NCBI RefSeq assembly: GCF_009914755.1
Contig: NC_060942.1
DNA from: the human T2T-CHM13v2.0 reference genome, Homo sapiens
Direction: 5' to 3' (one strand)
DNA length: 64,000 nt
Made by a program: the position numbers and the translations under genes. The notes beneath the pieces are model-generated. The model did no database searches and had not been told where the DNA came from. It was given only the letters and a program-made list of their open reading frames with translations. Numbering within the stretch: the first letter of the stretch is position 1; each line of letters opens with the position of its first letter. This document shows positions 1-11,500 of this stretch, one piece after another.

Positions 1-226
1 TTTGAATCACTCCTTTTGTAGTATCTGGAAGTGGACATTTGGAGCGCTTTCAGGCCTATGTTGGAAAAGGAAATATCTTCCCATAACAACTAGACAGAAG
101 CATTCTCAGAAACTTATTTGAGATGTGTGTACTCAACTAAGAGAATTGAACCACCGTTTTGAAGGAGCAGTTTTGAAACTCTCTTTTTCTGGAATCTGCA
201 AGTGGATATTTGGCTAGCTTTGGGGA

Positions 227-243
227 TTTCGCTGGAAGCGGGA
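227..243 (+). other. CENP-B box, dimer A (TTTCGCTGGAAGCGGGA)
   Basis: Matches the NTTCGNNNNANNCGGGN core, with one non-core change from the canonical YTTCGTTGGAARCGGGA. Confidence 0.9.
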
Positions 244-392
244 ATACATATAAAAAGCACACAGCAGCGTTCTGAGAAACTGCTTTCTGATGTTTGCATT
301 CAAGTCAAAAGTTGAACACTCCCTTTCATAGAGCAGTCTTGAAACACCCCTTTTGTAGTATCTGGAACTGGACTTTTGGAGCGATTTCAGGG

Positions 393-409
393 CTAAGGTG
401 AAAAAGGAA
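393..409 (-). other. pJ-alpha-like motif in a box-less monomer (representative)
   Basis: CTAAGGTGAAAAAGGAA resembles the reverse complement of the pJ-alpha site TTCCTTTTYCACCRTAG (one mismatch). It sits at the position equivalent to the CENP-B box. Confidence 0.65.
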
Positions 410-563
410 ATATCTTCCCATAAAAACTGGACAGAAGCATTCTCAGAAACTTGTTTATGCTGTATCTACTCAACTAACAAAGTTGAACCTTTCTTTTGAT
501 AGAGCAGTTTTGAAATGGTCTTTTTGTGGAATCTGGAAGTGGATATTTGGCTAGTTTTGAGGA

Positions 564-580
564 TTTCGTTGGAAGCGGGA
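564..580 (+). other. CENP-B box, dimer B (TTTCGTTGGAAGCGGGA)
   Basis: Canonical match; overlaps the EcoRI site at 579-584. Confidence 0.95.
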
Positions 581-901
581 ATTCATACAAATTGCAGACT
601 GCAGCGTTCTGAGAAACATCTTTGTGATGTTTGTATTCAGGACACAGAGTTGAACATTCCCTATCATAGAGCAGGTTGGAATCACTCCTTTTGTAGTATC
701 TGGAAGTGGACATTTGTAGCGCTTTCAGGCCTATTTTGGAAAGGGAAATATCTTCCCGTAACAACTATGCAGAAGCATTCTCAGAAACTTGTTTGTGATG
801 TGTGCCCTCTACTGACAGAGTTGAACCTTTCTTTTCATAGAGCAGTTTTGAAACACTCTTTTTGCAGAATCTGCAAGAGGATATTTGCATAGCTTTGAGG
901 A

Positions 902-918
902 TTTCGTGGGAAACGGGA
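902..918 (+). other. CENP-B box, dimer C (TTTCGTGGGAAACGGGA)
   Basis: Core nucleotides intact; one non-core T>G change. Confidence 0.9.
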
Positions 919-1243
919 TTGTCTTCAGGTAAAATCTAGACAGAAGCATTCTCAGAAACTTCTTTGGGATGTTTGCATTCAAGTCACAGAGTAGAACATT
1001 CCCTTTGGTAGAGCAGGTTTGAAACACTCTTTTTGTAGTATCTGGAAGTGGACATTTGGAGCGCTTTCAGGCCCATGTTGGAAAGGGAAATATCTTCCCG
1101 TAACAACTAGGCAGAAGCATTCTCAGAAACTTATTTGAGATGTGTGTACTCAACTAAGAGAATTGAACCACCGTTTTGAAGGAGCAGTTTTGAAACACTC
1201 TTTTTCTGGAATCTGCAAGAGTATATTTGCCTAGCCTTGAGGA

Positions 1244-1260
1244 TTTCGTTGGAAACGGGA
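1244..1260 (+). other. CENP-B box, dimer D (TTTCGTTGGAAACGGGA)
   Basis: Canonical match. Confidence 0.95.
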
Positions 1261-1585
1261 TTGTCTTCAGAGAAAATCTAGACAGAAGCATTCTCAGAAA
1301 CTTCTTTGGGATGTTTGCATTCAAGTCACAGAGTAGAACATTCCCTTTGGTAGAGCAGGTTTGAAACACTCTTTTTTTAGTATATGGAAGTGGACATTTG
1401 GAGCGCTTTCAGGCCTACGTTGGAAAAGGAAATATCTTCCCATAACAACTAGACAGAAGCATTCTCAGAAACTAGTTTCTGATGTGTGTCCTCAACTAAC
1501 ACAGTTGAACATTTCTTTAGACAGAACAGTTTTGAAACACTCTTTTTGTGGAATCTGCAAGTGGCTATTTGGCTAGATTTGAGGA

Positions 1586-1602
1586 TTTCGTTGGAAACGG
1601 GA
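1586..1602 (+). other. CENP-B box, dimer E (TTTCGTTGGAAACGGGA)
   Basis: Canonical match. Confidence 0.95.
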
Positions 1603-1923
1603 TTACATATAAAAAGCAGTCAGCAGCATTCTCAGAAAGTTCTTTGTCATGATTGCATTCAAGTCACAGAATTGAACATTCCCTTTCACAGAGCAGGTTT
1701 GAAACACTCTTTTTGTAGTGTGTGTAAGTGGACATTTGGAGCACTTACCGGCCTAAGGTGAAAAAGGAAATATCTTCCCATAAAAACTAGACAGAAGCAT
1801 TCTCAGAAACTTACTCGTGATGTGTGTCCTCAACTAAAGGAGTAGAACCTTTCTTTTCATAGAGAAGTTTTGAAACGCTCTTTTTGTGGAATCTGCAAGT
1901 GGATATTTGGCTAGTTTTGAGGA

Positions 1924-1940
1924 TTTCGTTGGAAGCGGGA
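1924..1940 (+). other. CENP-B box, dimer F (TTTCGTTGGAAGCGGGA)
   Basis: Canonical match; overlaps the EcoRI site at 1939-1944. The box pattern then repeats in alternate monomers to the end of the window. Confidence 0.95.
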
Positions 1941-4900
1941 ATTCATACAAATTGCAGACTGCAGCGTTCTGAGAAACATCTTTGTGATGTTTGTATTCAG
2001 GACACAGAGTTGAACATTCCCTATCATAGAGCAGGTTTGAATCACTCCTTTTGTAGTATCTGGAAGTGGACATTTGGAGCGCTTTCAGGCCTATGTTGGA
2101 AAAGGAAATATCTTCCCATAACAACTAGACAGAAGCATTCTCAGAAACTTATTTGAGATGTGTGTACTCAACTAAGAGAATTGAACCACCGTTTTGAAGG
2201 AGCAGTTTTGAAACTCTCTTTTTCTGGAATCTGCAAGTGGATATTTGGCTAGCTTTGGGGATTTCGCTGGAAGCGGGAATATATATAAAAAGCACACAGC
2301 AGCGTTCTGAGAAACTGCTTTCTGATGTTTGCATTCAAGTCAAAAGTTGAACACTCCCTTTCATAGAGCAGTCTTGAAACACCCCTTTTGTAGTATCTGG
2401 AACTGGACTTTTGGAGCGATTTCAGGGCTAAGGTGAAAAAGGAAATATCTTCCCATAAAAACTGGACAGAAGCATTCTCAGAAACTTGTTTATGCTGTAT
2501 CTACTCAACTAACAAAGTTGAACCTTTCTTTTGATAGAGCAGTTTTGAAATGGTCTTTTTGTGGAATCTGCAAGTGGATATTTGGCTAGTTTTGAGGATT
2601 TCGTTGGAAGCGGGAATTCATACAAATTGCAGACTGCAGCGTTCTGAGAAACATGTTTGTGATGTTTGTATTCAGGACACAGAGTTGAACATTCCCTATC
2701 ATAGAGCACGTTGGAATCACTCCTTTTGTAGTATCTGGAAGTGGACATTTGGAGCGCTTTCAGGCCTATTTTGGAAAGGGAAATATCTTCCCGTAACAAC
2801 TATGCAGAAGCATTCTCAGAAACTTGTTTGTGATGTGTGCCCTCTACTGACAGAGTTGAACCTTTCTTTTCATAGAGCAGTTTTGAAACACTCTTTTTGT
2901 AGAATCTGCAAGAGGATATTTGCATAGCTTTGAGGATTTCGTGGGAAACGGGATTGTCTTCAGGTAAAATCTAGACAGAAGCATTCTCAGAAACTTCTTT
3001 GGGATGTTTGCATTCAAGTCACAGAGTAGAACATTCCCTTTGTTAGAGCAGGTTTGAAACACTCTTTTTGTAGTATCTGGAAGTGGACATTTGGAGCGCT
3101 TTCAGGCCCATGTTGGAAAGGGAAATATCTTCCCGTAACAACTAGGCAGAAGCATTCTCAGAAACTTATTTGAGATGTGTGTACTCAACTAAGAGAATTG
3201 AACCACCGTTTTGAAGGAGCAGTTTTGAAACACTCTTTTTCTGGAATCTGCAAGAGTATATTTGCCTAGCCTTGAGGATTTCGTTGGAAACGGGATTGTC
3301 TTCAGCGAAAATCTAGACAGAAGCATTCTCAGAAACTTCTTTGGGATGTTTGCATTCAAGTCACAGAGTAGAACATTCCCTTTGGTAGAGCAGGTTTGAA
3401 ACACTCTTTTTTTAGTATATGGAAGTGGACATTTGGAGCGCTTTCAGGCCTACGTTGGAAAAGGAAATATCTTCCCATAACAACTAGACAGAAGCATTCT
3501 CAGAAACTAGTTTCTGATGTGTGTCCTCAACTAACACAGTTGAACATTTCTTTAGACAGAACAGTTTTGAAACACTCTTTTTGTGGAATCTGCAAGTGGC
3601 TATTTGGCTAGATTTGAGGATTTCGTTGGAAACGGGATTACATATAAAAAGCAGTCAGCAGCATTCTCAGAATGTTCTTTGTGATGATTGCATTCAAGTC
3701 ACAGAATTGAACATTCCCTTTCACAGAGCAGGTTTGAAACACTCTTTTTGTAGTGTGTGTAAGTGGACATTTGGAGCACTTACCGGCCTAAGGTGAAAAA
3801 GGAAATATCTTCCCATAAAAACTAGACAGAAGCATTCTCAGAAACTTACTCGTGATGTGTGTCCTCAACTAAAGGATTAGAACCTTTCTTTTCATAGAGA
3901 AGTTTTGAAACGCTCTTTTTGTGGAATCTGCAAGTGGATATTTGGCTAGTTTTGAGGATTTCGTTGGAAGCGGGAATTCATACAAATTGCAGACTGCAGC
4001 GTTCTGAGAAACATCTTTGTGATGTTTGTATTCAGGACACAGAGTTGAACATTCCCTATCATAGAGCAGGTTTGAATCACTCCTTTTGTAGTATCTGGAA
4101 GTGGACATTTGGAGCGCTTTCAGGCCTATGTTGGAAAAGGAAATATCTTCCCATAACAACTAGACAGAAGCATTCTCAGAAACTTATTTGAGATGTGTGT
4201 ACTCAACTAAGAGAATTGAACCACCGTTTTGAAGGAGCAGTTTTGAAACACTCTTTTTCTGGAATCTGCAAGTGGATATTTGGCTAGCTTTGGGGATTTC
4301 GCTGGAAGCGGGAATACATATAAAAAGCACACAGCAGCGTTCTGAGAAACTGCTTTCTGATGTTTGCATTCAAGTCAAAAGTTGAACACTCCCTTTCATA
4401 GAGCAGTCTTGAAACACCCCTTTTGTAGTATCTGGAACTGGACTTTTGGAGCGATTTCAGGGCTAAGGTGAAAAAGGAAATATCTTCCCATAAAAACTGG
4501 ACAGAAGCATTCTCAGAAACTTGTTTATGCTGTATCTACTCAACTAACAAAGTTGAACCTTTCTTTTGATAGAGCAGTTTTGAAATGGTCTTTTTGTGGA
4601 ATCTGCAAGTGGATATTTGGCTAGTTTTGAGGATTTCGTTGGAAGCGGGAATTCATACAAATTGCAGACTGCAGCGTTCTGAGAAACATCTTTGTGATGT
4701 TTGTATTCAGGACACAGAGTTGAACATTCCCTATCATAGAGCAGGTTGGAATCACTCCTTTTGTAGTATCTGGAAGTGGACATTTGGAGCGCTTTCAGGC
4801 CTATTTTGGAAAGGGAAATATCTTCCCGTAACAACTATGCAGAAGCATTCTCAGAAACTTGTTTGTGATGTGTGCCCTCTACTGACAGAGTTGAACCTTT

Positions 4901-5526
4901 CTTTTCATAGAGCAGTTTTGAAACACTCTTTTTGTAGAATCTGCAAGAGGATATTTGCATAGCTTTGAGGATTTCGTGGGAAACGGGATTGTCTTCAGGT
5001 AAAATCTAGACAGAAGCATTCTCAGAAACTTCTTTGGGATGTTTGCATTCAAGTCACAGAGTAGAACATTCCCTTTGGTAGAGCAGGTTTGAAACACTCT
5101 TTTTGTAGTATCTGGAAGTGGACATTTGGAGCGCTTTCAGGCCCATGTTGGAAAAGGAAATATCTTCCTGTAACAACTAGGCAGAAGCATTCTCAGAAAC
5201 TTATTTGAGATGTGTGTACTCAACTAAGAGAATTGAACAACCGTTTTGAAGGAGCAGTTTTGAAACACTCTTTTTCTGGAATCTGCAAGAGTATATTTCC
5301 TAGCCTTGAGGATTTCGTTGGAAACGGGATTGTCTTCAGATAAAATCTAGACAGAAGCATTCTCAGAAACTTCTTTGGGATGTTTGCATTCAAGTCACAG
5401 AGTAGAACATTCCCTTTGGTAGAGCAGGTTTGAAACACTCTTTTTTTAGTATATGGAAGGACATTTGGAGCGCTTTCAGGCCTACGTTGGAAAAGGAAAT
5501 ATCTTCCCATAACAACTAGACAGAAG

Positions 5527-8500
5527 CATTCTCAGAAACTAGTTTCTGATGTGTGTCCTCAACTAACACAGTTGAACTTTTCTTTAGACAGAACAGTTTT
5601 GAAACACTCTTTTTGTGGAATCTGCAAGTGGATATTGGGCTAGATTTGAGGATTTCGTTGGAAACGGGATTACATATAAAAAGCAGACAGCAGCATTCTC
5701 AGAAAGTTCTTTGTGATGATTGCATTCAAGTCACAGAATTGAACATTCCCTTTCACAGAGCAGGTTTGAAACACTCTTTTTGTAGTGTGTGTAAGTGGAC
5801 ATTTGGAGCGCTTTCCGGCCTAAGGTGAAAAAGGACATATCTTCCCATAAAAACTAGACGGAAGCATCCTCAGAAACTTAATCGTGATGTGTGTCCTCAA
5901 CTAAAGGAGTAGAACCTTTCTATTCATAGAGAAGTTTTGAAACGCTCTTTTTGTGGAATCTCCAAGTGGATATTTGGCTAGTTTTGAGGATTTCGTTGGA
6001 AGCGGGAATTCATAGAAATTGCAGACTGCAGCGTTCTGAGAAACATCTTTGTGATGTTTGTATTCAAGACACAGAGATGAACATTCCCTATCATAGAGCA
6101 TGTTGGAATCACTCCTTTTGTAGTATCTGGAAGTGGACATTTGGAGCGCTTTCAGGCCTATGTTGAAAAAGGAAATATCTTCCCATAACAACTAGACACA
6201 AGCATTCTCAGAAAGTTGTTTGTGATGTGTGCCCTCTACTGACAGAGTTGAACCTTTCTTTTCATAGAGCAGTTTTGAAACACTCTTTTTGTAGAATCCG
6301 CAAGAGGATATTTGCATAGCTTTGAGGATTTCGTGGGAAACGGGATTGTCTTCAGGTAAAATCTAGACAGAAGCATTCTCAGAAACTTCTTTGGGATGTT
6401 TGCATTCAAGTCACAGAGTAGAACATTCCCTTTGGTAGAGCAGGTTTGAAACCCTCTTTTTGTAGTATCTGGAAGTGGACATTTGGAGCGCTTTCAGGCC
6501 CATGTTGGAAAGGGAAATATCTTCCCGTAACAACTAGGCAGAAGCATTCTCAGAAACTTATTTGAGATGTGTGGACTCAACTAAGAGAATTGAACCACCG
6601 TTTTGAAGGAGCAGTTTTGAAACCCTCTTTTTCTGGAATCTGCAAGAGTATATTTGCCTAGCCTTGAGGATTTCGTTGGAAACGGGATTGTCTTCAGATC
6701 AAATCTAGACAGAAGCATTCTCAGAAACTTCTTTGGGATGTTTGCATTCAAGTCACAGAGTAGAACATTCCCTTTGGTAGAGCAGGTTTGAAACACTCTT
6801 TTTTTAGTATATGGAAGTGGACATTTGGAGCGCTTTCAGGCCTACGTTGGAAAAGGAAATATCTTCCCATAACAACTAGACAGAAGCATTCTCAGAAACT
6901 AGTTTCTGATGTGTGTCCTCAACTAACACAGTTGTACATTTCTTTAGACAGAACAGTTTTGAAACACTCTTTTTGTGGAATCTGCAAGTGGATATTGGGG
7001 TAGATTTGAGGATTTCGTTGGAAACGGGATTACATATAAAAAGCAGTCAGCAGCATTCTCAGAAAGTTCTTTGTGATGATTGCATTCAAGTCACAGAATT
7101 GAACATTCCCTTTCATAGAGCAGGTTTGAAACACTCTTTTTGTAGTGTGTGTAAGTGGACATTTGGAGCGCTTTCCGGCCTAAGGTGAAAAAGGACATAT
7201 CTTCCCATAAAAACTAGACAGAAGCATTCTCAGAAACTTACTCGTGATGTGTGTCCTCAACTAAAGGAGTAGAACCTTTCTATTCATAGAGAAGTTTTGA
7301 AACGCTCTTTTTGTGGAATCTCCAAGTGGATATTTGGCTAGTTTTGAGGATTTCGTTGGAAGCGGGAATTCATACAAATTGCAGACTGCAGCGTTCTGAG
7401 AAACATCTTTGAAATGTTTGTATTCAAGACACAGAGATGAACATTCCCTATCATAGAGCATGTTGGAATCACTCCTTTTGTAGTATCTGGAAGTGGACAT
7501 TTGGAGCGCTTTCAGGCCTATGTTGAAAAAGGAAATATCTTCCCATAACAACTAGACACAAGCATTCTCAGAAACTTGTTTGTGATGTGTGCCCTCTACT
7601 GACAGAGTTGAACCTTTCTTTTCATAGAGCAGTTTTGAAACACTCTTTTATAGAATCCGCAAGAGGATATTTGCATAGATTTGAGGATTTCGTGGGAAAC
7701 GGGATTGTCTTCAGGTAAAATCTAGACAGAAGCATTCTCAGAAACTTCTTTGGGATGTTTGCATTCAAGTCACAGAGTAGAACATTCCCTTTGGTAGAGC
7801 AGGTTTGAAACACTCTTTTTGTAGTATCTGGAAGTGGACATTTGGAGCGCTTTCAGGCCCATGTTGCAAAGGGAAATATCTTCCCGTAACAACTAGGCAG
7901 AAGCATTCTCAGAAACTTATTTGAGATGTGTGTACTCAACTAAGAGAATTGAACCACCGTTTTGAAGGCGCAGTTTTGAAACACTCTTTTTCTGGAATCT
8001 GCAAGAGTATATTTGCCTAGCCTTGAGGATTTCGTTGGAAACGGTATTGTCTTCAGATAAAATCTCGACAGAAGCATTCTCAGAAACTTCTTTGGGATGT
8101 TTGCATTCAAGTCACAGAGTAGAACATTCCCTTTGGTAGAGCAGGTTTGAAACACTCTTTTTTTAGTATATGGAAGTGGACATTTGGAGCGCTTTCAGGC
8201 CTACGTTGGAAAAGGAAATATCTTCCCATAACAACTAGACAGAAGCATTCTCAGAAATTAGTTTCTGATGTGTGTCCTCAACTAACACAGTTGTACATTT
8301 CTTTAGACAGAACAGTTTTGAAACACTCTTTTTGTGGAATCTGCAAGTGGATATTGGGCTAGATTTGAGGATTTCGTTGGAAACGGGATTACATATAAAA
8401 AGCAGTCACCAGCATTCTCAGAAAGTTCTTTGTGATGATTGCATTCAAGTCACAGAATTGAACATTCCCTTTCACAGAGCAGGTTTGAAACACTCTTTTT

Positions 8501-11500
8501 GTAGTGTGTGTAAGTGGACATTTGGAGCGCTTTCCGGCCTAAGGTGAAAAAGGACATATCTTCCCATAAAAATTAGACAGAAGCATTCTCAGAAACTTAC
8601 TCGTGAAGTGTGTCCTCAACTAAAGGAGTAGAACCTTTCTATTCATAGAGAAGTTTTGAAACGCTCTTTTTGTGGAATCTCCAAGTGGATATTTGGCTAG
8701 TTTTGAGGATTTCGTTGGAAGCGGGAATTCATACAAATTGCAGACTGCAGCGTTCTGAGAAACATCTTTGAAATGTTTGTATTCAAGACACAGAGATGAA
8801 CATTCCCTATCATAGAGCATATTGGAATCACTCCTTTTGTAGTATCTGGAAGTGGACATTTGGAGCGCTTTCAGGCCTATGTTGAAAAAGGAAATATCTT
8901 CCCATAACAACTAGACACAAGCATTCTGAGAAACTTGTTTGTGATGTGTGCCCTCTACTGACAGAGTTGAACCTTTCTTTTCATAGAGCAGTTTTGAAAC
9001 ACTCTTTTATAGAATCCGCAAGAGGATATTTGCATAGCTTTGAGGATTTCGTGGAAACGGGATTGTCTTCAGGTAAAATCTAGACAGAAGCATTCTCAGA
9101 AACTTCTTTGGGATGTTTGCATTCAAGTCACAGAGTAGAACATTCCCTTTGGTAGAGCAGGTTTGAAACACTCTTTTTGTAGTATCTGGAAGTGGACATT
9201 TTGAGCGCTTTCTGGCCCATGTTGGAAAGGGAAATATCTTCCCGTAACAACTAGGCAGAAGCATTCTCAGAAACTTATTTGAGATGTGTGTACTCAACTA
9301 AGAGAATTGAACCACCGTTTTGAAGGAGCAGTTTTGAAACCCTCTTTTTCTGGAATCTGCAAGAGTATATTTGCCTAGCCTTGAGGATTTCGTTGGAAAC
9401 GGGATTGTCTTCAGATAAAATCTAGACAGAAGCATTCTCAGAAACTTCTTTGGGATGTTTGCATTCAAGTCACAGAGTAGAACATTCCCTTTGGTAGAGC
9501 AAGTTTGAAACACTCTTTTTTTAGTATATGGAAGTGGACATTTGGAGCGCTTTCAGGCCTACGTTGGAAAAGGAAATATCTTCCCATAACAACTAGACAG
9601 AAGCATTCTCAGAAACTAGTTTCTGATGTGTGTCCTCAACTAACACAGTTGTACATTTCTTTATACAGAACAGTTTTGAAACACTCTTTTTGTGGAATCT
9701 GCAAGTGGATATTGGGCTAGATTTGAGGATTTCGTTGGAAACGGGATTACATATAAAAAGCAGACAGCAGCATTCTCAGAAAGTTCTTTGTGATGATTGC
9801 ATTCAAGTCACAGAATTGAACATTCCCTTTCACAGAGCAGGTTTGAAACACTCTTTTTGTAGTGTGTGTAAGTGGACATTTGGAGCGCTTTCCGGCCTAA
9901 GGTGAAAAAGGAAATATCTTCCCATAAAAACTAGACAGAAGCATTCTCAGAAACTTACTCGTGATGTGTGTCCTCAACTAAAGGAGTAGAACCTTTCTAT
10001 TCATAGAGAAGTTTTGAAACGCTCTTTTTGTGGAATCTCCAAGTGGATATTTGGCTAGTTTTGAGGATTTCGTTGGAAGCGGGAATTCATACAAATTGCA
10101 GACTGCAGCGTTCTGAGAAACATCTTTGTGATGTTTGTATTCAGGACACAGAGATGAACATTCCCTATCATAGAGCAGGTTGGAATCACTCCTTTTGTAG
10201 TATCTGGAAGTGGACATTTGGAGCGCTTTCAGGCCTATGTTGAAAAAGGAAATATCTTCCCATAACAACTAGACACAAGCATTCTCAGAAAGTTGTTTGT
10301 GATGTGTGCCCTCTACTGACAGAGTTGAACCTTTCTTTTCATAGAGCAGTTTTGAAACACTCTTTTTGTAGAATCCGCAAGAGGATATTTGCATAGCTTT
10401 GAGGATTTCGTGGGAAACGGGATTGTCTTCAGGTAAAATCTAGACAGAAGCATTCTCAGAAACTTCTTTGGGATGTTTGCATTCAAGTCACAGAGTAGAA
10501 CATTCCCTTTGGTAGAGCAGGTTTGAAACACTCTTTTTGTAGTATCTGGAAGTGGACATTTGGAGCGCTTTCAGGCCCATGTTGGAAAGGGAAATATCTT
10601 CCCGTAACAACTAGGCAGAAGCATTCTCAGAAACTTATTTGAGATGTGTGTACTCAACTAAGAGAACTGAACCACCGTTTTGAAGGAGCAGTTTTGAAAC
10701 ACTCTTTTTCTGGAATCTGCAAGAGGATATTTGCCTAGCCTTGAGGATTTCGTTGGAAACGGGATTGTCTTCACATAAAATCTAGACAGAAGCATTCTCA
10801 GAAACTTCTTTGGGATGTTTGCATTCAAGTCACAGAGTAGAACATTCCCTTTGGTAGAGTAGGTTTGAAACACTCATTTTGTAGTATCTGGAAGTGGACA
10901 TTTGGAGCGCTTTCAGGCCCATGTTGGAAAGGGAAATATCTTCCCGTAACAACTAGGCAGAAGCATTCTCAGAAACTTATTTGAGATGTGTGGACTCAAC
11001 TAAGAGAATTGAACCACCGTTTTGAAGGAGCAGTTTTGAAACACTCTTTTTCTGGAATCTGCAAGAGTATATTTGCCTAGCCTTGAGGATTTCGTTGGAA
11101 ACGGGATTGTCTTCAGATCAAATCTAGACAGAAGCATTCTCAGAAACTTCTTTGGGATGTTTGCATTCAAGTCAGAGAGTAGAACATTCCCTTTGGTAGA
11201 GCAGGTTTGAAACACTCTTTTTTTAGTATATGGAAGTGGACATTTGGAGCGCTTTCAGGCCTACGTTGGAAAAGGAAATATCTTCCCATAACAACTAGAC
11301 AGAAGCATTCTCAGAAACTAGTTTCTGATGTGTGTCCTCAACTAACACAGTTGAACTTTTCTTTAGACAGAACAGTTTTGAAACACTCTTTTTGTGGAAT
11401 CTGCAAGTGGATATTGGGCTAGATTTGAGGATTTCGTTGGAAACGGGATTACATATAAAAAGCAGACAGCAGCATTCTCAGAAAGTTCTTTGTGATGATT

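Larger units (their letters stand above)
1..5526 (+). repeat. 12-mer HOR block (2035-bp period, six dimers A-B-C-D-E-F)
   Basis: The 12-mer-specific dimer A (TTTCGCTGGAAGCGGGA) lies at 227, 2262 and 4297. Box spacings 337+338+342+342+338+338 sum to 2035. The last unit is 2032 bp because of small deletions. Confidence 0.95.

Noticed and set aside
1606-1616. TATA-like CATATAAAAAG next to the CENP-B box in dimers A and E
   Set aside because: This is a normal part of the monomer in AT-rich satellite, and nothing in the sequence supports a promoter.
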